Positions 22,635 through 32,603 of a stretch of DNA of 64,000 nt are shown piece after piece. Positions within the stretch are counted from its first letter, which is position 1. Each line of letters begins with the position of its first letter. Below the pieces are notes generated by a model that saw nothing but the letters and a program-made list of their open reading frames with translations, made no database searches and was not told the DNA's origin. The position numbers and the translations under genes are program-made. The DNA is from an uncultured Actinomycetota bacterium (lineage in GTDB: Bacteria > Actinomycetota > Actinomycetes > JAFAQI01): contig CAWIFV010000016.1 of NCBI GenBank assembly GCA_963835405.1, positions 67,017 to 131,016 of the forward strand. The letters are read 5' to 3'.

Positions 22635-23045
22635 TCACGCGGAGAACAGGCGCGTGGCGACGTCGTACGACGTGTCGGTGAGGATCACCTGCGCGGCGGC
22701 CCGCGTCCGCTGGTTCACCACCACGGGTGCGAGCAGGTTCGCAGTCGTGTCGCGCAGCTCGTCGCCCACGGTGAGGACGAGCAGCAGCAACGCGTCGTCG
22801 GCCGACTCGAGCCCGAGCAGGTCGACGTCGGCGTCGCCCAGCTCGGGCGAGTAGTCGGGGAAGAACGGCGCGGGCGGCACGACGGCGAACTCCGGGGCTC
22901 CCTCGTCCAGCCCCTGCAGCACGAACACCGGCGCGTCGTCCTCGGTGAGCGGCGTGAGCACGAACCGCCGGGCGTCCGGGAAGCCCGGCACGCCGTGGGC
23001 GAAGACGAGCTCGGGTCCGGCGTCGCCCGCGGTCTCGGTGGTCAT
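22635..23045 (-). CDS. fliW: Flagellar assembly factor FliW
   Basis: GVPGFP, PFFPDY, TANLLAPVVVN, AAQVIL. Confidence 0.95.
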   Translation of the reverse strand: MTTETAGDAGPELVFAHGVPGFPDARRFVLTPLTEDDAPVFVLQGLDEGAPEFAVVPPAPFFPDYSPELGDADVDLLGLESADDALLLLVLTVGDELRDTTANLLAPVVVNQRTRAAAQVILTDTSYDVATRLFSA

Positions 23046-23055
23046 CGCCCGCACG

Positions 23056-23943
23056 CTAGCGCAGGAAGTCGACGAGGCTCGGCTGGATCGCCTTCGACGT
23101 CGCCCCGAGGGCGGCCTGGTAGGCGACCTGCTGGGCCTGCAAGGCCACCAGCGTCTTGGGCAGGTCGACGTCCTCGACCGTGGACAGGCTGTTCTTCACG
23201 TCCAACGCCTGGTCGTCGGCCGCCTGGCGCATCCCGTCGAGCCGGTTGTAACGGGCGCCGACGATCGACTGCTGGTTGCGCACGGCGGACATGTGCACGT
23301 CGAGGGCGTCGATGTCGGCGCCCACACCGGCGTTGCCGGCGATGTCGCCGGCGAGCTTGTCCAGGGTGGCGAACAAGCCGGTGGCGCCGTCACCGAACAC
23401 GTCGGTTCCGACGACGTTGACCTGCACCCGGCCGTTGGCGCCGCCCGCGGCGCTCCGCACGGCGACACCCGGATCGCCCTGGTAGGTGCCCGCCGCGTCG
23501 TACGCCGCGGTCACGTTGGCGGTCCCCGCGAACAGCGGACGGTCCAGGTAGGTCGTGTTGGCCAGCGAGAGGATGCTCTCCCGCAGCTGGCCCACCTCGA
23601 GCGCGATGGCCTGCCGGGCGCCGTCGCTCATCGAGGCGTTCTGGGCCGAGACGGCGAGGTCGCGAATGCGGTTGAGCGAGGTGCTCAGCGAGGTCAGCGT
23701 GTTGTCGGCGGTGCCCAGCCAGCCCAGGCCGTCGGTCGCGTTGCGCGAGTACTGCTCGAGGCGGGCGGTGTCGGCCCGGTAGGCCAGGCTCGCGACCGCG
23801 CCGACGGGGTCGTCCGACGGCTTGCTGATCTCCTTGCCCGACGACAGCTTGCCCTGCAGCCGCTGCATCGCCGCCAGGTTGGCCTGCAGCCCCACCAGGG
23901 CCGTCGACGTGATCGACCGCTGCGTGATGCGTACTCCGGTCAT
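23056..23943 (-). CDS. flgL: Hook-associated protein 3
   Basis: LSSGKEISKPSDDPV, LANTTY..LFAGT, QPSLVDFLR. Confidence 0.95.
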   Translation of the reverse strand: MTGVRITQRSITSTALVGLQANLAAMQRLQGKLSSGKEISKPSDDPVGAVASLAYRADTARLEQYSRNATDGLGWLGTADNTLTSLSTSLNRIRDLAVSAQNASMSDGARQAIALEVGQLRESILSLANTTYLDRPLFAGTANVTAAYDAAGTYQGDPGVAVRSAAGGANGRVQVNVVGTDVFGDGATGLFATLDKLAGDIAGNAGVGADIDALDVHMSAVRNQQSIVGARYNRLDGMRQAADDQALDVKNSLSTVEDVDLPKTLVALQAQQVAYQAALGATSKAIQPSLVDFLR

Positions 23944-23945
23944 CG

Positions 23946-25325
23946 CTACCTACCTACCAGGCCGAAGTGGTTGATCAGGGTGTCGAGCACCTCGTCGACG
24001 GCCGTGAGGTAGCGCGCCGCCCCGTCGTACGCGTGCTGGTACATCACCATGTTGGCCATCTCCTCGTCGAGGCTGACGCCCGACGCGGACGCCCGCATCT
24101 GGTCGACCTGCTCGACGATCGCCTGCTGAATGGACGACCGGCGAGTGGCCGTCTGGGCCGCCACGCCGAGCTGGACGATGAGCGTGCGGTACCCCGCGTC
24201 GGGAGCCGACGGCCCGGCGCCGAGGTCAGCGAGCGCCAGCGCGTTGTCCGCGCCGATGTTCCCCCCCGGGGTCGCGCTCGCCGCGACGCCGCGCGGGTCG
24301 GAGACGCCGACGGCGACCGTCGCGGCTGTCGTACCTGTGAAGAACGCGGCGCCCGCGTTGCCGTCGAGGTCGAACCCGGCAGCGTGCTGCGTGTTGACCT
24401 GGGCGGTCAGGTCGGCGACGACGTGGTCGAGGCCGGTGCGGTAGCCGGGGATGTCGACGTTGAGCGCCTGCACCATCGCCGCCGCCTGTCCCGAGCCGAC
24501 GGACACCGGGTAGCCGTCGCCGGACCACACGATCGAGACGGTCGGCGTCGTGCCAGGGCCCGGCGCCTGGGTCGCCACGATGTCGTGCGCGTCGCCGCCG
24601 CGGACGAGCGCGGTGCCGCCGACGAACACGTCGACCACTCCCCCGTCGCCCGGCCTGGCCGTGGCGCCAACCGTCTTCGCGAGGTGCGAGACGAGGAGGT
24701 CGCGCTGGTCCTGCAGCTCGTTCGGCGACAGGCCGGACTTCGACGCCGCGAGGATGGCCTGGTTGAGCTCGGCCACCTGCTTCGCGGTGCCGTTGACGTC
24801 CGACACCAACGAGTCGAGCTGCTCGCGGGTGCTGCTCCACAGGGAGCTCAGGGTGGCGTCGACGTGGTTGAAGGTGCCCGCCAGCGTCTTCGCGCGCTCG
24901 ATGAGCTGGCTGCGCGCGGCGAGGTCCCCGGGGTTGTTCGCCACGTCGCCCCAACCCGACCAGAAGCTCGACAGCGCGGACGCCACCCCGTTGTCGCCCG
25001 GCTCCCCGAACGCCGCCTCGATCCGGGACAGCAGCGTCTGGGACAGCGTCAGCTGCTCGTTCGTGCCGTTCTCGACCAGAGCCCGGCCCTCGACGAAGAC
25101 GTCGTTGAGGCGCTGCGTGCCGAGGACGGACACGCCCTGCCCGGCGCCTTGCCACCGGGCGAAGATCGCGGGCACCACCGGCCCCGCCAGGGCGGCGAGC
25201 TGCACCCGCTGCCGGGTGTAGCCCTCGGTGTTGACGTTGGCGATGTTCTGCCCGGTGACGTCCAGCGCCCGTCGCTGCGCCATCAGCGCCGACAGCGCGG
25301 TGTTGAGCGCGGAGAAGTCGCTCAT
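23946..25325 (-). CDS. flgK: Hook-associated protein 1
   Basis: GQNIANVNTEGYTRQR, SGVSLDEEMANM. Confidence 0.95.
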   Translation of the reverse strand: MSDFSALNTALSALMAQRRALDVTGQNIANVNTEGYTRQRVQLAALAGPVVPAIFARWQGAGQGVSVLGTQRLNDVFVEGRALVENGTNEQLTLSQTLLSRIEAAFGEPGDNGVASALSSFWSGWGDVANNPGDLAARSQLIERAKTLAGTFNHVDATLSSLWSSTREQLDSLVSDVNGTAKQVAELNQAILAASKSGLSPNELQDQRDLLVSHLAKTVGATARPGDGGVVDVFVGGTALVRGGDAHDIVATQAPGPGTTPTVSIVWSGDGYPVSVGSGQAAAMVQALNVDIPGYRTGLDHVVADLTAQVNTQHAAGFDLDGNAGAAFFTGTTAATVAVGVSDPRGVAASATPGGNIGADNALALADLGAGPSAPDAGYRTLIVQLGVAAQTATRRSSIQQAIVEQVDQMRASASGVSLDEEMANMVMYQHAYDGAARYLTAVDEVLDTLINHFGLVGR

Positions 25326-25813
25326 CAGAAGGCCTGGTCCACCAGGCGGCTCCGGCTCATCGCCGGCGCCGCCCGCCCGGTCGGCTCATATGTCTCGTCG
25401 TCCTGCAGCGCGCCGGCGAAGCGCAGCGTGTCGCGCAAGGCGTTGTGGCCGCGCTGGACGAGCTCGCGGTTCGCCTCGGCCAGCGTCGAGATCTCCTGGG
25501 TGAGGCTCAGGAACGCGTGGCGGTGCGCCGTCAGCAGGTCGTGCCAGTTGCGGGGCGCGGCCTCCGCGAGCGCCTGGAGGCTCGGGTTGGGCGCCAGGCC
25601 GAGGTCGCCCGCGACCGCGTCCACCTCCACCGCGCGGGCCAGCTCGGTCCGCCGGATCTCCTCGAGCACCAGGTTGACCTCGTGGGTGGCACGCGCCAGC
25701 CATCGGGTCCGACCGGAGGCGAGGATCAGCTGCTCCTCCTCCATCTTGAACAGCAACACCTCGAGGAGCTGGCGCTCCTGCCAGAGGATGCTCGACACCT
25801 CGTTGAGTCCCAT
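25325..25813 (-). CDS. flgN: Flagellar chaperone FlgN
   Basis: ILWQERQLLEVLLFK, ANRELV; lies immediately before flgK. Confidence 0.85.
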   Translation of the reverse strand: MGLNEVSSILWQERQLLEVLLFKMEEEQLILASGRTRWLARATHEVNLVLEEIRRTELARAVEVDAVAGDLGLAPNPSLQALAEAAPRNWHDLLTAHRHAFLSLTQEISTLAEANRELVQRGHNALRDTLRFAGALQDDETYEPTGRAAPAMSRSRLVDQAF

Positions 25814-25844
25814 ACCTGCCGTCCCGGAAGCCGTCGGACAGGCG

Positions 25845-25873
25845 CCTATCGGCCATCTGCGCGGGCCGATGAG
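25845..25873. promoter_or_regulatory. Overlapping back-to-back FliA-type promoters
   Basis: Minus strand CTCA-N16-GCCGATAG toward flgN; plus strand CCTA-N16-GCCGATGA toward fliA. Confidence 0.6.
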
Positions 25874-26062
25874 GATTTTCGGACCTTCCGCGGGAGGCAC
25901 TTGGTCCCCCCGAGTCGTCACCCTTAGGTGCGGCATTCCTAGTCGCCGGACCAGGTCGAGTTGTGGTGCCCTCGGGTCCCGGCGGTGGGCACCCCGCGTC
26001 GTTCTGGCATTTGGTCACCGGCATCGGTTCATTCGATCACCGCATCGATCGATTCACGGGCC

Positions 26063-26926
26063 ATGCCCAACGCTGACCGTCTCGGCCGTGGCGTCGATCG
26101 CGACACCGAAGAGCGCCTCGTCACCGAGAACCTGCCCCTGGTCAACTACCTGGTCAACGAGATCGCCTCCGGGCTTCCCGGTCACGTCCTGCGCAGCGAC
26201 CTGTCGTCGGCCGGCATGGCCGCGCTCGCCGAAGCCGCGCGCGCGTTCGACGCGTCCCTCGGCGTCCCGTTCGCCAAGTACGCGTCCTACCGCATCCGCG
26301 GCGCCATCCTCGACGAGCTGCGCAGCCACGACTGGGCCTCCCGCTCCGTGCGGGCGCGGGCCCGCCGGCGGCAGCAGGTCGAGGACGCCCTCATCGCCCA
26401 GCTGGGGCACATGCCCAGCGCGCAGGAGATCGCCGACGCGATGGAGGTCTCGGTCGACGACGTGCGCGCGGCCGAGCGTGACGTGCACCAGAGCGTCGTC
26501 CTCAGCCTCGAGGCGTTCGAGTACGACGGGCCGAGCGACGACATCCTCCCGGCCGCGGCGACGACCCCCGAGCACGACCTGGTCGGCCGCGAGCGGATCG
26601 CCTACCTCCACGACGCGGTCGACGTGCTGCCGGAGCGGCTGCGCGCGGTCATCCGCGGGCTGTACTTCGAGGAGCGCACGATCAGCGACCTCGCCACCGA
26701 GCTGCACGTCACCGAGTCGCGCATCTCGCAGATCCGCAGCGAGGCCCTCGCCCTGCTCAAGGACGGGTTGAACTCCGCGCTCGCTCCCGAGCTGGTGCCA
26801 CCGGTCGCGCGCCCCGACGGCTGCGTCGCGCGGCGTCGCGCGTCGTACTTCGTCGCGATCGAGCAGCACACCCCCTTCGCCGCCCGGCTGAACGAGACGG
26901 CGGACCCCGCCGTCGGCGTCGCCTGA
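26063..26926 (+). CDS. fliA: FliA/WhiG-family sigma factor
   Basis: ENLPLV, RIRGAILDELRSHDWASRSVR, LYFEE, VTESRISQ. Confidence 0.92.
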   Translation: MPNADRLGRGVDRDTEERLVTENLPLVNYLVNEIASGLPGHVLRSDLSSAGMAALAEAARAFDASLGVPFAKYASYRIRGAILDELRSHDWASRSVRARARRRQQVEDALIAQLGHMPSAQEIADAMEVSVDDVRAAERDVHQSVVLSLEAFEYDGPSDDILPAAATTPEHDLVGRERIAYLHDAVDVLPERLRAVIRGLYFEERTISDLATELHVTESRISQIRSEALALLKDGLNSALAPELVPPVARPDGCVARRRASYFVAIEQHTPFAARLNETADPAVGVA

Positions 26927-26931
26927 AACTC

Positions 26932-26959
26932 CTCAGCAGCCGGGGGGGCTCGTCGATGA
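26932..26959 (+). promoter_or_regulatory. FliA-type promoter of flagellin
   Basis: CTCA-N16-GTCGATGA upstream of fliC. Confidence 0.7.
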
Positions 26960-27041
26960 GGGACCTGCCCACCGACGGGCGGGCAGATCAAGTGCGCAAG
27001 CCACGGACGGCCGCGCACCGGGACCCACTCAAGGAGGAATC

Positions 27042-28172
27042 ATGGGTCTGAGGATCAACCAGAACATCGCGGCCATGAACGCGTACCGGAACCTGTCGGT
27101 CACGGACGGCCAGATGTCGAAGTCCCTGGAGAAGCTGTCCAGCGGCTTCCGGATCAACCGCGCCGCCGACGACGCGGCCGGCCTGAGCATCAGCGAGGGC
27201 CTGCGGTCGCAGATCGGCGGCCTGAAGCAGGCCGTGCGCAACGCGCAGGACGGCGTCAACGTGCTGCAGACGGCAGACGGCGCCCTGACCGAGGTGCACA
27301 GCATCCTGCAGCGCATGCGTGACCTGGCGGTGCAGTCGGCGAACGACAGCAACGACTCCACCTCGCGCACCGCCCTCAACGCCGAGGCCACGTCGCTGAA
27401 GGCGGAGCTCGGCCGGATCGCGGACAAGACCACGTTCAACAACGCGAACCTGCTCGACGGCAACTACACCGGCAAGCTGTTCCAGGTCGGCTACGCCCAG
27501 AACGACACGATCCAGGTCGACATCAGCGCGACGGCCACCCACGGCGCCACCTCGACGTGGAACAACGGCGTGGCCGCCAGCACGGCCAACACCGCCACGT
27601 TCACCCTCGACGGTGTCGCTGTCACGACCGGCACGCTGAGCGCCAGCACCGACGCGAACAACATCGCCACCCAGTTGAACAACGACGCGAACTTCGCGGC
27701 CGTGTTCAGCGCCAGCGTCACCTCGACCGGCGGCCTCCAGGTCGTCGCCAAGGACGCCAGCCTGACCGGCACCATCACGGTCGGCGGCACCGGTGTCAAC
27801 GCGGCGTCGTCGTCGGCCGCCGCGGCGTCCGGCAACACCGGGTTCTCCGACGTCGACCTCAACGTCAACGGGGTGAACCTGACCAGCCAGAGCACCGCGA
27901 CCACCGCGATCGGCGACATCGACACCGCCATCCAGTCGGTGTCGACCGCACGCGCGAAGCTCGGCGCCCTGCAGAACCGGTTCGAGCACACGCTGAACAA
28001 CATCAACGTCGCCGTGCAGAACCTGTCGGCGTCGGAGAGCCAGATCCGTGACACGGACATGGCGCAGGAGATGACCCAGTTCACCCGGGCCCAGATCCTG
28101 CAGCAGGCGGGCACCGCGATGCTGGCGCAGGCCAACCAGGCACCGCAGACCGTCCTCGAGCTGCTCCAGTAG
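27042..28172 (+). CDS. fliC: Flagellin
   Basis: MGLRINQN, LSSGFRINRAADDAAGL, GALQNRF, IRDTDMA; AAGGAGG RBS. Confidence 0.98.
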   Translation: MGLRINQNIAAMNAYRNLSVTDGQMSKSLEKLSSGFRINRAADDAAGLSISEGLRSQIGGLKQAVRNAQDGVNVLQTADGALTEVHSILQRMRDLAVQSANDSNDSTSRTALNAEATSLKAELGRIADKTTFNNANLLDGNYTGKLFQVGYAQNDTIQVDISATATHGATSTWNNGVAASTANTATFTLDGVAVTTGTLSASTDANNIATQLNNDANFAAVFSASVTSTGGLQVVAKDASLTGTITVGGTGVNAASSSAAAASGNTGFSDVDLNVNGVNLTSQSTATTAIGDIDTAIQSVSTARAKLGALQNRFEHTLNNINVAVQNLSASESQIRDTDMAQEMTQFTRAQILQQAGTAMLAQANQAPQTVLELLQ

Positions 28173-28190
28173 CAGCCGCTTGACGCACCA

Positions 28191-28220
28191 CTGGGGCGGC
28201 CGGCCGAGCCGGCCGCCCAG
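28191..28220 (+). terminator. GC-rich hairpin after fliC
   Basis: CTGGGGCGGCCGGC-cga-GCCGGCCGCCCAG; no strong U tract. Confidence 0.55.
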
Positions 28221-28245
28221 CCCCTTCTGGGAGGGACGAGGGTCC

Positions 28246-30091
28246 ATGGCGAGCAGCACCAGCAGCGTCGACGGCCTGATCAGCGGCCTGAACACGACGC
28301 AGATCATCGACCAGCTCATGCAGGTCGCGGCGGCGCCGCAGACGCTCCTGAAGACCCAGGTGTCGACCAAGCAGACAGTGCTCCAGGCCTACCAGGGCAT
28401 CAACAGCAAGTTCGCTGCCCTCCAGAAGGCGGCGGACGCGCTGACGGGCGACGCTGCGTGGAACGCGGTCAGCGCGAGCTCGTCGAGCAGCAACGTCACC
28501 GTGTCCACGTCGGACGGGGCCAGCGTCGGCTCGTTCACGTTCGACGTGGTCCAGACGGCCCGGCCCGAGGTGCGGATGTCGACCAGCACCTACGCGATGA
28601 GCGACGTCGTCGTGCCGTCCGGCCAGCTCACCGTGTCGACGTCCGCCACACCGCTCGACGTGGGGGACGGCAGCCTGTCGTCGGTGATCAGCGCGATCAA
28701 CGGCTCGTCGCTCGGCCTGCGGGCCGTCGCCGTCCAGGTCTCGTCGGGGCAGTACATGCTCCAGGTCAGCTCGACGGCGACCGGCGCCGCGCAGGCGTTC
28801 GACCTGGGCATCACCACGACGGAGGCGACCCAGGCCCGCGACGCCACAATCATGGTGGACACCACGGCCATCTCCCGGCCGACGAACACGTTCTCCGACG
28901 TCGTACCCGGGGTCAGCTTCACGGTGTCGAAGGACAACGACACCGGGGTGACGATCAGCCTGGCCTCCGACGCCGAGGGCCTGGCCAAGAAGGTGCAGGC
29001 GATGGTCGACGCCGCCAACGCGGCGACCGACCTGATCGCGACCGCGACCGCCTACAACGCCAGCACGAAGACCGGCGGCCCCCTGATCGGCGACTCGACC
29101 GTGCGGATGCTCCAGCAACGGCTCCTGGACGCGGTGACCTCGGGCGTGGGCGGGCAGTCGACGTCGCAGGTCGGCGTCGCGGTCGACCGCTCCGGAAAGG
29201 TCACGTTCGACAAGGCGACGTTCCTGTCCTACTACCGGAGCAACCCCACGCAGACGCGCGCGCTCCTGGACTCGACCACCGGGTTCACGCCGAGCCAGCC
29301 GCTCACCGGCACCATCAGCGTCGCCCGCAGCGACGACTCCGCCGCCGCTGCGAGCTGACCCCGTCGTGGTGAAGCGGGCGGCCACCCAGGCCACGTCCCT
29401 GGTCGACCTCACGACGGCGACGACCGGCACGACCCCGACGGTGAGCGTGAACGGGACCCCGATCAGCGTCACCTACAGCTCGACCGACCCGCTGGTGCGG
29501 GCCGACGAGCTCGCCGCCGCGGTCAACGGCGCGAGCCTGGGCTTCACGGCGCAGTCGAACGGTTCCGGTCAGGTCACGCTGACGGCCGGCAGCTACGGCT
29601 CCGGTTCGTTCAGCGTCACCGCCACCGACCTGACGACGCCGCCCGCCACGACGATCGGGCACGACGTCGTCGTCAGCGTGAACGGCACCGACACGACGGG
29701 CGCTGGGCAGAGCGTCACCGTCGCCGGGCTGGGCCTCTCGGTCACCCTGACCGACGGCGACGTGACCGCGCTGGCAAACGCGTCCGCCGGCACCGTTTCG
29801 CTGTCCCGGGGGCTCGCCTCCCGGCTGGCGAACCTCGGCTGGTCGGCGAGCGACTCGGTGTCGGGGTCGCTCACGACGGCGGTCAACGGGACCCAGTCGC
29901 TGATCACGGATCTCAACCAGCGGATCGACGACTGGGACACCCGCCTCGAAGGCCGCCGCGCCGCGCTGCAGAAGCAGTACGCCGACCTGGAGACCGCGCT
30001 GGGCAAGCTGAAGGACCAGAGTGCGTGGCTCAGCAGCCAGATCACCGCGCTACCAGCTACAACAGCAACAACTGACTGGAGGCCGGCATGA
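28246..30091 (+). CDS. fliD: Filament cap protein; single +1 indel near 29357
   Basis: GLISGLNTTQIIDQLM, QARDA, KQYADLETAL. Removing one G gives SYPVVVKRAATQA and joins the two ORFs. Confidence 0.92.
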
Positions 30092-30465
30092 CCGCCGCGG
30101 CGTTTCGGGACCGCTACATGAGCGAGAGCGTGACGACGGCGTCGCCGCAGCGGCTCCTGCTCATGCTCTACGACCGGCTCTGCCTCGACCTCCGCCTGGC
30201 CGAGACCGCCCTCCACGAGAAGGACCACCCCGCCGGCGACCGGCACCTGCGGCACGCCCAGGACATCCTGTTCGAGCTGCAGGGCTCGCTCGACCTGACG
30301 GCCTGGCCGCAGGGCAGCGACCTGTTCCGGGTCTACGGCTTCCTGGTCACCGAGCTGGCGATGGCGAACGTGCAGCACGACGTCGCGAGGGTGACGGCGT
30401 GCCGGTCGATCGTCGAGCCGCTCGCCGACGCGTGGCACGAGGCCGCGACCCAGCTGCAGTCATGA
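30088..30465 (+). CDS. fliS: Flagellin chaperone
   Basis: TASPQRLLLMLYDRL, AQDILFEL, LADAW. Confidence 0.95.
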   Translation: MTAAAFRDRYMSESVTTASPQRLLLMLYDRLCLDLRLAETALHEKDHPAGDRHLRHAQDILFELQGSLDLTAWPQGSDLFRVYGFLVTELAMANVQHDVARVTACRSIVEPLADAWHEAATQLQS

Positions 30466-30752
30466 CCGAGTGGGGCGCCCTTCTCGACGCGTACGACGCC
30501 CAGCTCGAGGCGCTCGAGTCGTGGCTCGCGAGCGACCTGACGGCACCGGCCCCCGACGGCTTCGCGATCCCGACGGTAGGCGCGCTCCCGCCCGCGCTGG
30601 CCGCGCGGGCGGCGACGCTGCACGCCCGGGCTCGCCGCGCCGCCGGCGACATCGAGGCGGCGATGGCCAGCCGGCGCCGCGAGCTGGCCGCACTCCCCCC
30701 CGCCCGGCGGCCGGCGGGCCGCACGCCGCTGTTCGTCGACACCCGCGGGTAG
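30462..30752 (+). CDS. Hypothetical helical protein at the FliT position
   Basis: ATGA overlap with fliS; 96 aa ending PLFVDTRG. Confidence 0.7.
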   Translation: MTEWGALLDAYDAQLEALESWLASDLTAPAPDGFAIPTVGALPPALAARAATLHARARRAAGDIEAAMASRRRELAALPPARRPAGRTPLFVDTRG

Positions 30753-30773
30753 CGGGCGACGGGTCGACCAGGC

Positions 30774-31034
30774 TCAGCGCCAGGAGTGGCGCGGCGCCTT
30801 CTTCGACAGCTGGTGGCGGGCGGCCGCCTCCGTCGCGGCCACGAGCCCCTGCCGCAGGCCCGCCCGCAGCAGCTGCTCCCGGCACCTGCTGACGCAGCGG
30901 ATCACCGTTCCGGCGGGGATGGTCGCGGCGTACTCCGCCACCAGCCGCTCGACCAGCGCTTGCATCTCGTCACGCAGCGCCTGCCGCCGCACCGCGGGGT
31001 GCGGGTCGTCGGCAACAGCGGGTGCGTGGTTCAC
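30774..31034 (-). CDS. Small three-helix-bundle-type protein
   Basis: LVERLVAEY..GTVIRCV..EAAARHQL amphipathic pattern. Confidence 0.65.
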   Translation of the reverse strand: MNHAPAVADDPHPAVRRQALRDEMQALVERLVAEYAATIPAGTVIRCVSRCREQLLRAGLRQGLVAATEAAARHQLSKKAPRHSWR

Positions 31035-31071
31035 GAAACGAGACGGTACTTACCTGGAAGGCAGCTCCGAG

Positions 31072-31107
31072 GGGTCTTTCGTCCCACCCGGGCGGGCCCG
31101 ACGTCCC
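31072..31107. promoter_or_regulatory. Tandem DosR/OsdR-like boxes
   Basis: GGGTC-tttc-GTCCC and GGGCC-cgac-GTCCC, 22 bp apart, upstream of the small gene. Confidence 0.45.
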
Positions 31108-31144
31108 GGACCGGCGTACGAGCCCTCGTCAGCAGCGCCCGGGC

Positions 31145-32506
31145 TCAGCGGACCTCGTGACCGTGCCGCGTGCTCCACCGGTTCAGCCACACGACGACAG
31201 GAAGGGCGACAACGACGAGCGCCGCGAACGGCAGGAACCCTCGCGCGTAGCCGGTCGCCCCCCCGACCGCGCCGGTCACCGCACCGAAGATGGGCGGGAT
31301 GGCGAAGCCGCCGAACGCACCGAGGCCGCCGATCCACCCGGACGCGCCGCCGACCGCATCGGGCACGTAGCGCGGCAGCAGCTTGAACACGATCGCGTTC
31401 TGCAGGCCCATGCCGACGGCGACGGCGAGGCTGGCGAGGAACGACACCGCGAACGTGCCGGTGAACGACAGCACCACGGTGCCGGCGAGCATGAGCAGGA
31501 AGTTGCCGGCGAGCGCATAGCGGATCGAGATCCGGTCGGACAGCAGGCCACCCGGGACGCGGACGCCCGCGGAGAGCACGGAGAACACCGCCGTGAGCAC
31601 GCCCGCCATGCGCAGCGACTCGCCGTACATCTCCTTCCAGAACGTGGGCAGCCACGACGTGAACGCGAGGAAGCCGCCGAAGGAGAGGAAGTAGAAGAAG
31701 ACGAGAACCCAGGTGGCCGGCACCCGGGCGGCGTGCTGCAGGCCGGCCTTGACCGACCCCGACGGAACGGTCTCGCCGCCGCCGAGCTCGGCCACCTCGG
31801 ATGCCGGCACGTCGACGCCGCCACGGCGCAGCTGGAACACCGGGGCATCCTTGACGAAGATCCCGTAGACCAGCGTGATGGCAAGCAGCAGGCCGAACCA
31901 CACGCTGTAGGCGGACACGATCCCCATGCTCCCGACGGCGATCGGCAGGAGCAGGGTGGACAGCCCGGGGCTGGTGTTGCCCAGGCCGCCGTAGGTGCCG
32001 AGCGCGCCGCCTTGCTGCCGCTTCGGGAACCAGTACGAGACCTGCGCGATCCCGACCGAGAACGACGCGATCCCGCAGCCGATGAGCATGCCGAGAGCCA
32101 GCAGCAGCGGGTAGGTGCCCGCCATGTCGTCGGGGTAGCGGGTGGCCAGGAGCACCAGCAGCCCGACGACCCCGAGGTTGGTGATCGCGAGAAGGGTCAG
32201 GAAGGGCCGCTTGCCACCCATCCGGTCGACGGCGGCGCCGAACGGGATGCGCAGGATCGAGCCGGTGAGGCTCGGGATGGCGGCGAGCATCCCGGCGGCG
32301 AACGGGCTGAGGTCGAGCAGGTCCTTGAACTTGGGCACCAGCGGGCCGAAGATCGACACCCCGGCGAAGCCACCGAAGAACCCCAGCGTCGCGAGCCACA
32401 GCGCCTGGTTGCGGGTTCCGCGGACCGGCACGCTCGCTCCTCCCGGGTGCGGCGCCGACACCGACGGCGGTGTCGACGTCGAGGCTTTCGGCCGGCTCGC
32501 GCTCAT
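31145..32506 (-). CDS. NarK/NasA-type MFS nitrate/nitrite transporter
   Basis: GSILRIPFG, ASFSVGIAQVSYWFP, GGLGN, SFGGF, GGLGAFGGF (nitrate-signature-like). Confidence 0.8.
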   Translation of the reverse strand: MSASRPKASTSTPPSVSAPHPGGASVPVRGTRNQALWLATLGFFGGFAGVSIFGPLVPKFKDLLDLSPFAAGMLAAIPSLTGSILRIPFGAAVDRMGGKRPFLTLLAITNLGVVGLLVLLATRYPDDMAGTYPLLLALGMLIGCGIASFSVGIAQVSYWFPKRQQGGALGTYGGLGNTSPGLSTLLLPIAVGSMGIVSAYSVWFGLLLAITLVYGIFVKDAPVFQLRRGGVDVPASEVAELGGGETVPSGSVKAGLQHAARVPATWVLVFFYFLSFGGFLAFTSWLPTFWKEMYGESLRMAGVLTAVFSVLSAGVRVPGGLLSDRISIRYALAGNFLLMLAGTVVLSFTGTFAVSFLASLAVAVGMGLQNAIVFKLLPRYVPDAVGGASGWIGGLGAFGGFAIPPIFGAVTGAVGGATGYARGFLPFAALVVVALPVVVWLNRWSTRHGHEVR

Positions 32507-32603
32507 CTCGTCCCCATCTCTGCCCACTCGCGCCTGGGATGACCCCGGTCGTGACGACATCCGGGCTTGATAAACGCGAGAATCATCGGTAAAAATACTG
32601 GAC

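Noticed and set aside
29340-29372. fliD as two genes or a programmed frameshift
   Set aside because: Deleting one G restores a sensible continuous sequence, and there is no slippery site.
30462-30752. Possible RsiG-like c-di-GMP anti-sigma
   Set aside because: No E-x3-S-x2-R-x3-Q-x3-D motif.
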